Of a stretch of DNA of 64,000 nt, positions 1 to 13,778 are shown one piece after another (the stretch's first letter is position 1; every line of letters begins with the position of its first letter). Under the pieces are notes generated by a model that saw only the letters and a list, made by a program, of their open reading frames with translations, was not told where the DNA came from and did no database searches. This DNA comes from Lytechinus pictus. Taxonomy: Eukaryota. The DNA lies in contig NC_087246.1 of the NCBI RefSeq assembly GCF_037042905.1, positions 9,798,001 through 9,862,000 of the forward strand, given 5' to 3'. The position numbers were made by a program, and so were the translations under genes.

Positions 1-169
1 CATTCTGTGCCAAATCGCAACTGTCTACCTGGCACTAATTCCTCTACTGACAAAGAAAATGAAGTTATTTTTTGATGTTTTAAGCCCTAAACACTGACTA
101 GTTTAAGTCCTACTGAGCCTTTGTGACAAGGTGTTGGCCAATGAATTTCTCCCGCTAAAATTTCCCTGG

Positions 170-350
170 TTGATGATTATCGTCATTGTCATCACCATCA
201 CCACCACCACCATCATCATTATGATCAACAACACCACCACCACAACTACCACCACCACCATTATCATCACCATCAGTCATCTTCATCACCAACACCATAG
301 TCATTATCATCATCAATTACCATTATCTTCATCTTCTTTACGAACACCAT
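170..350. repeat. Imperfect (CAC/CAT)n trinucleotide microsatellite
   Basis: Runs of caccac/catcat. Explains the spurious Thr/His/Ile-rich ORF 131..352. Confidence 0.85.
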
Positions 351-1335
351 AACTATTTGGTATTAAAAATGACCCCACCACCATCTCTCATTAATGACCC
401 TATATTACTAAAAAGAGGGGATAGTGGCATTTTTTATCAGACTAAAAGGTAATCATTTTTACCGGTCAATTTGAATACAATGACATGATGCATTGCTCCA
501 CTGCCCTTCGTTTTCCTTAAATAGTATGATTAGTTTTTCATAATTTGGCCTTGCAGAATATCACACTGGTAACATTCAGAAATATGATTTATTGAAATCC
601 AGTCAAATATGTCACTTGAATCTTTTGTCGTCGATGAGCATACAAGTTCACCTAGCAGCTCTGCCAGCACAACCAGCAATATTTTCATAACTGTCATTAA
701 GATGTGTTATTAGTTCTGCCGTATTAAGTGTATTTATTATTACATCACAATGCATGGGTTTGCTAGGAAGTGAATTTGCTGGTACAGTTTGATACAATTG
801 AGTAGAAAGTCAACTCTTTGTATACAGGTAGTTCAAATTATGTAGATACATTTTATTGTTTGGTGATGATAACAACCATTATTTATGCCAAAAGATACTA
901 ACCTGATTATACCTCAATGCAGATGTAGCATTTCTTCCCATATATGCATGCCATTTGTCACTGGATTAAGAAAATTCATGAAATATCTCATTGTCATAGT
1001 TAAACGTAAATAGTGAATTTATAAAGTAAAGTTTAACTGTGCTCTTTATATTTATTGAAGATGTAACATACCGTAATTCAACCAACCAAAACCAGTTCTA
1101 TGTATGATGTAGCTTATTATGTTTTATTTAGAATGACCAAAAATAGTTCAAGCCTTTTTAATAATACATAGATCTTTATTTTTTAATTGGAATCTTATAG
1201 GCTGAAGGCTTATTACATTCAGTCATATGGGTTCCATTAAATCTTGATCCTTTACTTGAATAGTCAAACTACATTGTACTCGAATTGACATAGATATTCA
1301 AAGTCATATAAATGCAGCACACACTTCCCCTTTAA

Positions 1336-1910
1336 CCCTCAAAGGACTGGGGGGTGGAACCATGATGGCCCCCCTCGATGCTTTGCGCGATATTTCTAAA
1401 ACGCACAAAGATAGCGCCGTAAAATTTTATGACTTTTTGGAAAAAATTTTCTTCAAGTCTCGCGCAACTTTTGAGACCAAATTCGCTTCATACGGGTATA
1501 GCATCGCGACACCACATCATCCCACGTGACTTTTTACGAGACAATGTCAAGCCATAAAATGGCTCATTTTTATACTTTTTGTACAAAGTCTATGGGACAT
1601 GAAATTCATAAAAGGATGATTTATCGTTCTAATTGTTCTGTTCTGTAATTAATTTAGGGTTTAATTTAGTTGTTAAATTGCCTGTATTTCCATTGAAAAA
1701 AACAATGAAATAAATTTGCATATTTTATTCATGATAAATAAAAAAACAATTTTCAGAAATTTTCTTATATACTGGCTTGTATTTTATGTGGTAAAGAATG
1801 CGCGTGCTGAATTTCGGCGCGATCGCGTAAACAGCGGCCAAAATCAGAAGGGGGCCATCATGGGGCCCCCTAGTTCTCAATACATCTCAAATAGCCCAGT
1901 CCTTTAAGGG
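1336..1910. mobile_element. Non-autonomous piggyBac-like DNA transposon (MITE)
   Basis: TIRs CCCTCAAAGGACTGGG ... CCCAGTCCTTTAAGGG, flanked by TTAA (left) and TAAA (right). Internal sequence resembles the element at 51733-52825. Confidence 0.75.
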
Positions 1911-2048
1911 TAAAGATGTCAATCAGTCTTATCATCATCTAATAGTGATACTGTTATATGTTATTTGAAGCAATGTTTAATACCCTTTGTTCCAATGTTT
2001 AATATCCTACGTATTGTATCCTTGCCTTGCCCTTTTCCAACCAAACAG

Positions 2049-2291
2049 CCCCCAGCTTCCCAACCACCTCCTTCACCTAAGGCCCCTGCTCCCAAAGCAC
2101 AGAGCAAAGATTCATCAGAGTCCCAGACAAAGACCAAAGAATTGACCACACCCAAAGGAGGAAAGGCGCCACCACCACCTGTAATGGATGGCAAGATGTT
2201 TGTCTCAGATATCCTTCTTGATATTCGTAATCTTAGAAACACTGTCAGCAGACACGAAGCCAGTATCGAGGCCCTGGAGGAACTTCAATTA
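2049..2291 (+). CDS. Upstream coronin-like gene, penultimate exon (Pro-rich linker plus coiled-coil-like segment)
   Basis: Acceptor ccttttccaaccaaacag|CCC. Encodes PPASQPPPSPKAPAPK...DILLDIRNLRNTVSRHEASIEALEELQL. Donor TTA|gtaatc at 2291, with an alternative in-frame donor CCT|gtaatg at 2180. Confidence 0.7.
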
Positions 2292-5200
2292 GTAATCATC
2301 TTATCGTTTTACTTTCTTGGATTGTTTGTTTGTTTGTTTTCAGTATCTAGTTTGATGTTTCTGCCTGTTTTTTTTTTTACAGACAATGTTACCAAACAAC
2401 AACTAATCATTTTAGATTTTTTTAGCATTGTTCATATATGCCACTTTTCATACAAAAGTGATTATTCTCATTTTCTTTTCGAGAAAACATTTTGTGTGTA
2501 AAAGAACCCATTTACAGTTTCATTTTGTTTATTGTCTTCCTCAAAATTCTATAGACTAGAATAAAAACTTCATCACTGCATTGGATAAATTAACTTAATC
2601 ACATTTGTGTTGTATGTGTCTTCTAATTCCATGTTGATATCAATATAATCAGTTTTCTTTCTAGCATGCTTTGTTTATCATTCAGAGTGTCTCCAGTTTG
2701 TAGATCAGCGTTTTGGAATGGCCGAGTCCCTTGCTGTGTGTGACTAATAACAATATTTTTCCTATACTTACTAAATTAGGTTTTGCATGCAAAGGTTACT
2801 TTTTCATTTTTACCACTTTGAAGATCACTTCCCATCGACATGAATGTAACTTTGTCATTTTTTGTCATTTTTTCTCAGTTTAAACATGTATTTGTTAAGT
2901 TTGCAATAGACTTATAAATATGTTAATATCACTGGATTCTGTACTTCCCATATGATTTGTAAAAATACAACCCAGTTCTAGTACGAGAGAATTGGTTGAG
3001 CATTGATACTTGTAAAAGAGATGACAAAACCCATATGAATGTTTGACAAGATTACATTACACTTGTCTACAAGAGGGTAAGAAATTATATTATTTGAAGA
3101 AGAGAATATTTGCCTCATTGGAATAGAAATGCTGAGAAATTGAGTTATCACTTTATTTTATGTGTTTCTTTCATGTTACATACACAATTGCATCAATCAT
3201 TATAGTTCATTTTCAAAATCCATTCATCCATGCACTTATTTTTCTCTCTCATAGGTCATAAACAATGCCTGTTCTGGTGATCATCCAATCATAAATCTTT
3301 TTGTGATATTAAATTGAAATGAAGTTGAAATGTTTGTGTGTTTTGTTTTGTTGTTGAAGCAACTTCAAGTGATCAGTCTGTTTATCTAATGTATTTTTTT
3401 CCATTTGTTTATTGCCATACTGATGGAAAAGAGCATAATCTGTCATACCTGTACTTGCAGTTGTTAAGTCTTTAGGTCAATAATTATTACCCCCCCCCCA
3501 CGAATATTGCCGTAGATGTGTTGATTTTTTTTATCGCACACATCATTTCAATACAATTATGATTGGTTATGTCAAGTTTCCCTCTTTAATTTATTTCAAT
3601 TAATTGTAGGTTGAATTTCCACTAAATGTTGTTCTACTCATCTCTCAATATGATCATGGAAATAAATTCTAAAGTAGAAATGTTTTGAGAATTTAATGAT
3701 AATCATGTCACCCCAACCCAACAGAAGAGGTTTATAGTCTGCATTGCTCTGCTTGATGCCCGTTCTTTAGATTAAGCTGCAATGCTTTAATATGATGAGT
3801 GAAAATTTCACCCCCCCCCATTCCCAAATAAAACGAAACCACACGCACTATCAAATGAAAAGCAATTATTCCAAAGTATGCAGTCTTAGGTCTCCTGGTT
3901 AACAAACTTGCAGGAGCACCCAGGAGCATCAGGAAAATTATAAAACTCTTTTTTTGGCTCTTCATAGTCTAGTTGATCCTAAAGTCACGGGTAACTGGTC
4001 ATATAGCTTCATGAAATGCCCCCAGTGCCCATGCTTTGGGGCTGGTTCATAAAGTTCTACACAAAGTTATGCACAATCTTATAAACTATTATTTTGTAGC
4101 CTGCCTTATTTAGCTGAAGTTGGATTATGCAGATTTGTCTTAAAAAATAATATGGTATACGTTTTCAGGGAATAGTGTAATGCTGATACAATCATTTGAA
4201 ATACAGTCAGATATGTCAGGAAAAAACTTTGGATTCATAGTTTTGCACTTTTAGTTGTGCATAAAGTTTTGTTTACCAATCAGTGTCAAATTTATGAATC
4301 TCAACCCTGGTATAGTTTTGTAAATACTAGCATGTTATCACAACTAATAATAATTTCTTAGTATCTTAGTATTATGCTTTACATACTTCTCACAAGGAGA
4401 CATCATACCTGTCTAATAATGTGACTAACCAGTTATCCCTTTGCCACCCTTAAGATCCAGAGCAATGTTATGACACCTGTGACTGCATCCACGCTTTTTA
4501 ACATGTCTTTTCTATTTTATCACAGTTATAAAGGAATTTATATTTTATATTCATCTTTACATGAATTAATGACCAGAGTATTATTAAAAGAAATATTGAA
4601 TTTTATCAACCAAAATGCTGACTTAAATTGTTTTAAATGTAATTAAATGACCTTTTATCACAATAACGTAGCCCAATTAGGCTATTGTGGAGTGAAACTA
4701 GAGCTATTCACTTTGATATTGCTCAGTTGTTCATGAATGGCCATGAGGCTACACAAGCATGTCACTTACATTTCCATGAACTCTCATGTGCAAGTGTACC
4801 CTTTCCTAGAGTGATATTAAAGAAGTAAGCACAACTCTTTATATATGTGTGCACTTTTGATAAAACAAACAGTTATTGTGTGTGATGTTCACATCAAATC
4901 TGCTTGTGAACTTTGATAGCATGTCATGCACAATGTCACAAAAGTCTCATCAGTATCTAATTTTCATCATGTTTGTTTTCTTTATCCCTTTCTTCAACTG
5001 TCATTCTGTCTCCCAAAATTCTTGTTTCTTTTATCTTTCTTTTTCAACACTTCATTTCTCTATCTTGAATTTTGTATTATTCTGTCTTTTTCTTTATACT
5101 CTTCATAATTTCCTCTTTTCTTGCAATCTTCCCTCTTTCTCTCTGCCCCCCCCCCTTCTCCCCCCTCTCCATCTTCTTTCATCTTTGACCTATAGAGCCA

Positions 5201-5300
5201 AAGCCAGGAGATGAAGGATCTAGTTGCAGAGGTGGCCAGACTGAAGTCAACTGTCGAAGAACAAGAGAAGCGCATTGCTGCCTTGGAAGCCAGAAATTAA
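2049..5300 (+). CDS. Probable coronin (upstream paralog), 3' end only: join(2049..2291,5196..5300)
   Basis: Pro/Lys/Ser-rich linker exon, then terminal exon SQSQEMKDLVAEVARLKSTVEEQEKRIAALEARN* with the coronin-type trimer motif R-I-x-x-L-E. Both acceptors have pyrimidine tracts and phase 0 is consistent. A coronin lies 24 kb downstream. WD40 exons are not in the window, so identity is inferred. Confidence 0.7.
5196..5300 (+). CDS. Upstream coronin-like gene, terminal coiled-coil exon
   Basis: Long pyrimidine tract then tatag|AGC. 34 codons plus TAA, heptad pattern, RIAALE motif. Confidence 0.8.
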   Translation, partial: SQSQEMKDLVAEVARLKSTVEEQEKRIAALEARN

Positions 5301-8300
5301 ATAAAAACGACAGAGAGAGAAATTATGTCCAGAGAATGTCAAAATACATTTCCAGGTTGAGTTTTTGGAGTATGTAAAAGAGACGTTATTGTTAGGAGCC
5401 ACTTTATTATTATATTTTAATTATTGTTTAAAAATCATGATTGGATTGGATAGAAACGATGCATACATTTATGTATAAATTAATGCTTATATACAATGTA
5501 TATATCCATAAATAGTGGCGATGGCATATTTCTCAAGGTAATCTTGCTGAGTGCCATTGTCCATGTTAAAAAGTGATACCATACCAGTCTTGACTACATG
5601 GGGTAGTTTTCTGCTTATAATTTGGCTCCAGTAGTAGTGTGTGCTTAGGTAACATGTTTTTCTATGAAGCAATTTCTTCCCTCATGTTTATACTCTGTGC
5701 TATACCACAATCATAGTTTCCATGAGATTATTTACTGCAAGTGTAATAAGTAAAATAGGTTTAGTATTTGATATTTTAAGGAAAACTTGCCCATCCAAGA
5801 TCTGTTAAAATCCTTGTGTGTGCCTGGATGTAGCTTTTACAATAAATGAACTCTCCATACGTGGCCTGTTATCTCACACATGTACATAGTGCCTTAGTTA
5901 CAGTGTATGGTTAATATGGTAAGCAACAAAGCGCTTTCTTAAAAGTCACCAATGTGAATCAGTGACCGGTTTCTTCTGTAACATGAAAAATTAACTAGAA
6001 ATTTATAACGGAGTACTAAGTTACACCTTGTTTTGAGCGCAATATTTATTGGAAAATTCAACATAGATAACACTCAAGTGTGAAAGTATAACGCCACATC
6101 AGTCCAACAAAATAGAGCATCAATGTCACAGTGGCAGTTTCAAGTTTAATATTAGTGTTGACAGGCAGTGTTTCTCTTTACACCATTCAGAACACTGTTC
6201 ATGAAATAAAACCTGTGTGGGGATTAATTTCACTGATCTTACCAGGTGTTAAGCTTTTTATATGAATGCTATCTATTTGTGTAATCCCATTATGCTGTAG
6301 CAAGGTTAGGCAATTTTATTCATACTCTCAAAACCAATGCAAACACCAAAGTTACACATTATGTGTTTCATCAGATAAGAAACATCAAAAATTTATTCTT
6401 ACAAATGTGAAGAGGGAAAATATATTTATGATTTTTGTACTACCGATATTGATAGTTTGGATATCATATTCCAACTGAAGAGGACAAAATGTGCTTTTAA
6501 TGAAAGGTATGGTGTCATTGAAACTCAGTTCTAAAACAATGAAATATTACCAAAGAACATTGCTTAAAGCAAAGTTAAATTATGAATAAGTGTAAACAAC
6601 AATAGAGCATGTTCCATTGTTTGACGAGGTATATTGGTAGTTCACTAGATTTGCATGCCAGACTTTAGGTTTAGAAACGACAGATTTATTTCTGCAGCAG
6701 TTAGTTTTTGAAGTCATACATTTCTCGTCACTTTAGTGTAGATTTACTGATTATAGGATAAATGTGGCACACGTGGAAAGTTCTCCACTAAAGTAAGCAT
6801 AAATCAGCAAGTACAGATATTGTTGTACCTGTATCTAGAAGATGTAGATCTTCATTTAAATTGTCTTAATACTTAAACTATTTAGAAAAAGATATGATGG
6901 AATAAGCTATTAAACATTACACTCTTGCACAATTAAAAAAGTAGAGCTTGTCAGTGGAAAATGCACTCTTTAATACCAATACATGCTCTTGTGAGCTGGT
7001 TGGGTTTTTATGGATATGTCGTAGAAGAATCTGTACCACACCAGAAATGTTGTTAATGTTTTATATTTTCTTGGCATTCTTGAGCTTCCATTATTTCCAG
7101 ATGTAATCATGTCTCTTTTTCTCAGTTAAACTTCCTACAGAATTTCTTCGCCCACTCTATTCTGGCTTGAAATATGTTTTAGGGACCAAGGTCCTGTTTT
7201 GTGAAACTGTTTAGGTGAAGCAAATTACAGTAACTGTTGAAAGCTACTGAAATCATGGTTTGTGATTGGCCGAGAGCAGATTAAATATTGATTATTAAAG
7301 TTTCAAGAAACATGGCGTAGGAATAAGAACAGAATGTGTTCTCCCTATCATAAGACTTATGATGTAGTAAAGTTTATTTTCCTTAACTTGTTTGGAATAT
7401 AACCATTAATATCAATTCAATCTGATTGAATGTGTGGACTCACTGTTACATCTCAAATTAGCAGCAATCATATATTTCAAACTGTGGTATGGGAAGCTCA
7501 ACTTAGTGGACCATAGCTCTGAGTGATTTCAGCAAATTTAAAATCACTCACTCTGTGTATGTTATGGTTTGCCTCAATAATGGATCTGCCATGTCCTCAG
7601 AATAAGGAAACTTGTTTTATCTTGATGGAGAGCGACACCTAATTGAATAGATTTTGTCACTTCAAATTACCAAATCTCAATGTATATCGAATTTAATTCT
7701 AAGAATGATATTTGTAGTGTATATCCATTTTTGTATAAAAAGATAAGTATTATAACATTGGTACAGTTCATTTAGAAATACAATATATGTTTTAGTATTT
7801 TTTATTTCAAACAAATCTTTTTTTCAGGAAAAGGCAATAATGTTATTAATGAGATTAATGAATGAAATAATTTTTGTTCTTCATTTGCTTTTTACAAGGC
7901 AAAATTGTCAACCTTATATTTGTTTAATGTAGATGAGTATCATTCTAATGTGTAGAATGTATGAAACTTCTTTTTATTCAGTATTTGGCTAAAAAAGCCA
8001 TGTTTTTTTCTAGAAACATGATCATATTTCATTAGAATTTGAATGGTGAATATGATAGCTTGCTCTCTCTTTACCAAATAATTTTTATTTTCTCATGTAG
8101 GAACATAATATTCTTTAAGATATAAATGTATATCAATTATTTTAAATTACTATATGTAGTGTACTTTGTTATATGGTTTGGGATTATTTCATTGCCATTT
8201 GGTCCAAGCACCTCTAGTCTGGTGTGATGGTATCCATCCTATTACAATTTTATTTTACCTGTTCGTCAAGCGCTCCAGTGAAAACTACAGGCCCTATAAG

Positions 8301-8624
8301 ACCAAAAAATGTAATAGCCAACAGATATTTTATGGACAAATACAGCCATTAGGAGGAAATATTTATTTTGACTTGGCAATACACAGAATGTGTGAAAAGC
8401 ACATTTGAGAAATGGAATTAATGCAGTGAGATTGTACCAAATGGCAATTTTTCAGAGGGATTTATTTAACCAAATGGGTAATTTCATCGAAAATTTTAGA
8501 GTGAAAATGTATGATTGGGTACTGGACAATAAAATCCAATTTAAAAGACATTTGAATGATGTAAGTGTATATATTTTTGAAGTGTATGATGTTTTTTCAG
8601 GATTGCTTTTAATAGTTCATGCTT

Positions 8625-8660
8625 TAGATAGATAGATAGATAGATAGTCATAGATAGATA
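8625..8660. repeat. (GATA)n microsatellite
   Basis: tagatagatagatagatagatag...tagatagata. Confidence 0.85.
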
Positions 8661-9004
8661 AATGGATTTTATTAAAAGCATCACGTCGTGCAGTACAAAA
8701 CTGAAGTGAACATGAATTACAAATAAAAATAAAATAATTTGAAAAGTTCCTTTTACCCAAGTTGCATCAAAAGCCTATACAAGATTCCAGTCTTTCCCCT
8801 GAATCCCTATTGTCTTATCTGTGGATAAAATTGGAATGAGGAAGACACTGTTCATGATTAAATAGATAATGCACTTGAAAGTGGCATAGATTTTGTTAAA
8901 GTACCTGTGAATAAACTGCAGTTGAAGTTTTGGTCAATTTGGGTTTGGGGGAGTGTTTCTGAAACAAATAATGAGTTTCACTTATTTATTTGTTCTTTCC
9001 TGAT

Positions 9005-9160
9005 CAGGGCTCCATGACACAAAGATAAGCGATCAATCGCTTAATGGACTGACCAATCAATCTTACACATGCATTTGGTTTGAAATTCTGATCAGGAACC
9101 AATCAGAAGTGTTCTTTCATATTTTCTATTCATCGCTAAGCTCTGTGTCACGGGGCCATG
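9005..9160. mobile_element. Short MITE
   Basis: Imperfect TIRs CAGGGCTCCATGACACAAAG.TAAGCGAT / ATCGCTAAGCTCTGTGTCACGGGGCCATG. A related copy lies near 60688-60822. Confidence 0.6.
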
Positions 9161-11570
9161 ATAGTTTATAATACAATTAGTGAAAGTCACTGCCTATTTG
9201 TTTCATGAAAATGCTTTCAAGCAATGCATTCTGAAAGATTACAATATTAAAGACACCTACCAGTGGCTAAAATTATTCTAAAATCTCACTGGTATCTATC
9301 AATTTATAGTAACATTTGATTGATGTCCCTTGTCAAAATATTCAAGAAATATGTACTAATAATTCATTAGTGAGTGATAGCCAAGATGCAAAGTGCCTGG
9401 CATTTGCCTCTTGAAATTCAAATTGATTATTAACTTTTATCATGTGAGCTATTATCTACTGAGGAGCTTATTCCGGAGTAACTTGATATGAACTAAAGTC
9501 TGCAGCAAGATAATAATAAATAATAATAAAAGACATTTATATAGCGCCATCTATGTAGAAATAGTCTAAAGATCAGAAATTTGGGTTCAAAATGCCCGTA
9601 TTTTGTTTTATTGATAATATGAAGTTAAATGCATGCATGAAACATGCTTGTTGTGAACAAAACCATGAGTGAGAGTGAATCAAGGAAAGAAATGTAAGAT
9701 ATAACTTCCTTGTTGTCATGATTTTTTATTATTCATCTCTTCTCTTTTCAAGATATTACTGCCCCAATGGCAGATCCAGGTAGGCAGACCTGCCAACTAT
9801 AAAAAAAAAATGTCATAAGTATGATTTTCATGTCAAATTATGCCATTATATGCTTTTGACCTGAAATATTACTCTTGTTGGCAAATAAGTATGTTAACAT
9901 GTAATACTACCGTGTCAGTCAAAAAAATTTACTCCTCATAAATCCCCAATTCAAGGAAAAAATATGTCATGAACACATAATTATTATTTATGGCCTGAAA
10001 GAGTATGTTCTCCCAAAAAATTGGATGAACTGGGGATTAATCAGCTTGTAGGCATGTGAGCTGATTTTTCTCCTTATCTGCATTAAACTGCAGATCCGAT
10101 GTGTTATTTTATGAAGCTAATAAACTGGAATTATTCCATGGACCATTTTTTTATTCATCTACAATTTCAAAATACATTTCTCTGTAGTGCTGCAAAGTAT
10201 GATGAATATGACCCCGAGTTTGAATAAATGGAGAAATGGTTCAGAATTTTTCCTCACATAGATACAAAACTTTTGGCGCGTTTTGGGATGTTTTAAGAAG
10301 CACATTCGCTCTAGTAAGAGTGCTGATAGTTTGAAAACAAGCACATGAACCCATATTTTTTAACGTTTGCACCTCTTAGGTATACCTTCCTCTACAACTT
10401 TGCAAAGTTTGGTGAAAATGACATGGGTTTTGAATTAAGTGCAGCATTTCTTTTATTTCTCAAGTTTGTTATTGAAATTTGACATTTTTGAGGTTGAGCA
10501 TTATTTTGTTATCTCCCCGCAATTTCTAAGAACTGAGAGTGCTGTTAGACTTGAATGAGTAAATAATTGAAAGCAATATAAATAGATTATCCATCTTAAG
10601 GATACAATTATTAATCATGTTGCAAAATTTGATGAAATTTTCATGGATTTTGACTGAGTAATAGAGCTTTAAACTCATTTTTGTGATCTCGTGAAGTCTA
10701 AAAATGACAAATTCTTTTGCGCAATTCTTAAGAAAATCCATTTGGGTTAACTTTAAAGCTCTATAGCAATGAATCAAGCACATGGACCCATGTTAATTTT
10801 TGCATATTTGGAATATTCAGGTGCTAAAGTATCTATGTGCAAAGTATGATGAAAATGACATGGCTTTTCAATGTTTGGGAGCAAGACTACGAAACCAATC
10901 GCATTTTAGACCGTATTAACAGACTTTTGCTTGTTTTCTGCGCATTTTGGGCTGTTTCAAGCCAAACTCGCAATACTTTGGACACTGATAATTTGAAAAC
11001 AAACACATGGACCCCATCGTTTAAATGTCTTAACTTCTTCAAAATATATTCCTCTACATATCTAGAGAGTATGATGAAAATGACATGGATTTTGAATGTT
11101 TGGGATTAGGACTAAGGAACCATTCGTATTTTAGAAATTTCGGACGGTATTAGACTTTTGCCCGTTTTAGGCGCATTATACTGTTTCAAGCCAACTCGCA
11201 CCAATTTAGACACTAATATAGGTTTTCCCGTCCAATTTCATCAGAGTTGCATTTAAATTGATGAAAAGACGTTCGAATTCGAAATATTTTGTCAACCCTC
11301 TGCACACATGGTTCATTTTCATTTATTCAGCATTCAATTCAGTTCTATATCATTCCTTTGAATTTTGTAGAAATTCAATTTAGAGAGAAAATTCGTTCAA
11401 ATTAATGGCCCAAAGTTGTCATTTAATTTCACGACGACGAACTGATCGTTCAATTTTGCCTAAAATACACTTTTTCAATTTCATTTATCGGCACACATAT
11501 TTGCACTATAAACGTCCATATTCAGATGACACGTTTCTGTGGTCATTTTTTGTTTACGTTATACAATTTT

Positions 11571-12530
11571 TGTCTCACCTGCATAGCAGAGTGAGACTAT
11601 AGGCGCCGCTTTTCCGACGGCGGCGGCGACGGCGGCGGCGGCGTCAACACCAAATCTTAACCTGAGGTTAAGTTTTTGAAATGACAGCATAACTTAGAAA
11701 GTATATGGACCTAGTTCATGAAACTTGGCCATAAGGTTAATCAAGTATTACTGAACATCCTGCCTGAGTTTCATGTCACATGACCAAGGTCAAAGGTCAT
11801 TTAGGGTCAATGAACTTAGACCATGTTGGGGGAATCAACATCAAAATCTTAACCTAAGGTTAAGTTTTTGAAATGACAGCATAACTTAGAAAATATATGG
11901 ACCTAGTTCATGAAACTTATACATAAGGTTAATCAAGTATCACTGAACATCCTGCTTGAGTTTCACATCACATGACCAAGGTCAAAGGTCATTTAGGGTC
12001 AATGAACTTTGGCCGAATTGGGGGTATCTGTTGAATTACCATCATAACTTTGAAAGTTTATGGATCTGATTCATGAAACTTGGACATAATAGTAATCAAG
12101 TATTACTGAACATCCTGTGCAAGTTTCAGGTCACATGATCAAGGTCAAAGGTCATTTAGGGTCAATGAACTTTGGCCAAATTGGGGTATTTGTTGAATTA
12201 CAGCCATAAATTTGAAAGTGTGTTGGTCTAGTTCATAAAACTTGGACATAATAGTAATCAAGTATCACTGAACATCCTGTGCGAGTTTCAGGTCACATGA
12301 TCAGGGTCAAAGGTCATGTTAAGGTCAAAGAACTTTGGCCACGTTGGGGGTATTTGTTGAATTGCCATCATATCTCTATAAGTGTATTGGTCTAGTTCAT
12401 AAAACGTGGAAATAAGAGTAACCAAGTATCACTGAACATCTTGTGCGAGTTATAGTAGTTTTCAAAATCAGCACTGCTGCTATATTGAATCGCGTGATGC
12501 AGGTGAGACGGCCAGAGGCATTCCACTTGT
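11571..12530 (+). mobile_element. Helentron-associated interspersed element (HINE/DINE-1/pearl-like), copy 1
   Basis: 5' subTIR GTCTCACCTGCAT with adjacent hairpin arm GTGAGAC, (GGC)n microsatellite, about four 162-192-bp tandem units, 3' subTIR ATGCAGGTGAGAC. T-rich insertion site, no TSD. Confidence 0.8.
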
Positions 12531-12676
12531 TTTTCAAACTTTGCCCTATCTTTCTTTTCTGATCTTTTCAGTTAGAATAATTTTTATTCCATTATGATTG
12601 GTAAAGACGTAATTCATGTAACACTTATAGTATATGGTTGTAAACGGTTATTCTTTTAGTAATTAGTGAGTGGGTG

Positions 12677-12809
12677 CAGGGGCGGATCCAGGATTTCCTA
12701 AAAGGGAAAGGCACATTTTCCCGGCCTAAGAATTTGACGAGCAAAAAAAGAATGTGGCTCTCAAGGGGGGGGGGCACGAGCCGGTTGTGCCCCCCTGGAT
12801 CCGCCAGTG
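12677..12809. mobile_element. hAT-type MITE
   Basis: TIRs CAGGGGCGGATCCAGG / CCTGGATCCGCCAGTG. 8-bp TSD AGTGGGTG/AGTGGTTG. Confidence 0.75.
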
Positions 12810-13778
12810 AGTGGTTGGATGACCTATGACAATGGTAGGTATTTTTCTTCATCATCTTGTTCTTTTTTATTTTACATAATTGTAAATTATATCGTTTGGG
12901 GGAAGGGATGGGAAACATGGTATTGACCACAATCTTTAGTTATGAAAGTGGAAGAAAAACGAGTTGTTCCGATGATGGTTTGTCAGATGGATGATACATT
13001 TCAGTAAAATTGTAAACATCCAATTTAGAAGTAAAACCCATTTCCATAATCATTCAAAAGAAGTAAAAAAACAACAACGAAAAACACTGTCCATATTCTA
13101 TAAGTGATTGCATATTAATGATTTTGAATTCCTAAACGTTCGCAAGGAGGGTACCGGTGCGAATTTGAAAACACTTCTTCGGCTATTTTAATTTGATCGT
13201 TCTTTATACTTGTTTAAATGAGACAATAGAATTAAATTGAATTAAGTATTTGGCTATTTAAACGTTGATCTCACAGGTCATTCAAATTAGTTGTAAATTG
13301 AACTATTACATCATTAAATCGGTTGAAATTTTGATGAAATTGGACGGGAAAACCTATAGTTTGAAAACGAGAACATGGACCACATATTCTTAATATGTTA
13401 ACGTCTTTAGAATATATTCCTCTACAAATCTAGAGAGTATGATGAAAATGCCAATGATTTTGAATGTTTGTGAGCGAAATAAGGAATCATTTGCATTTTC
13501 TTTTTAGTGAAACGGTATTAGACTTTTGCTTGTTTTCGGCGTTAGGCGATTTTCAAACCAACTCGCAACACTTTGGACACTGACAGTTTAAAAACGAGCA
13601 CATGGACCCCATATTTTTAATATTTTAACGAATTTGGAATATATATAACTGTGGAACGTCTTTAAAATCCATTTCAAAACACTTTTTCAGTAATTTACAT
13701 TATAATTGTTTAATAAACACTGTTTAGTATCAATTCTCAAGTTAATTTCATTGAAAGGTATTTGCAAATATGTTTGAA

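Larger units (their letters stand above)
11219..13356. mobile_element. Non-autonomous TIR DNA transposon with TA TSD
   Basis: 25-bp TIR TAGGTTTTCCCGTCCAATTTCATCA / TGATGAAATTGGACGGGAAAACCTA. Removing it plus one TA restores the host repeat unit cactaata-gtttgaaaac. Confidence 0.8.
10290..13640 (+). repeat. Diverged ~220-bp tandem repeat, interrupted by the TIR element at 11219-13356
   Basis: Motif GTTTGAAAACRAGCACATGGACCC recurs near 10330, 10775, 10992, 13359 and 13586. Confidence 0.65.

Noticed and set aside
131..352. His/Thr-rich peptide gene
   Set aside because: Trinucleotide microsatellite with no splice or homology support.
11660..12460. CRISPR-like array (also considered for 52316-52735 and 61000-61630)
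   Set aside because: The units are long tandem repeats or hairpins without unique spacers, there are no cas genes, and the context is eukaryotic transposons.
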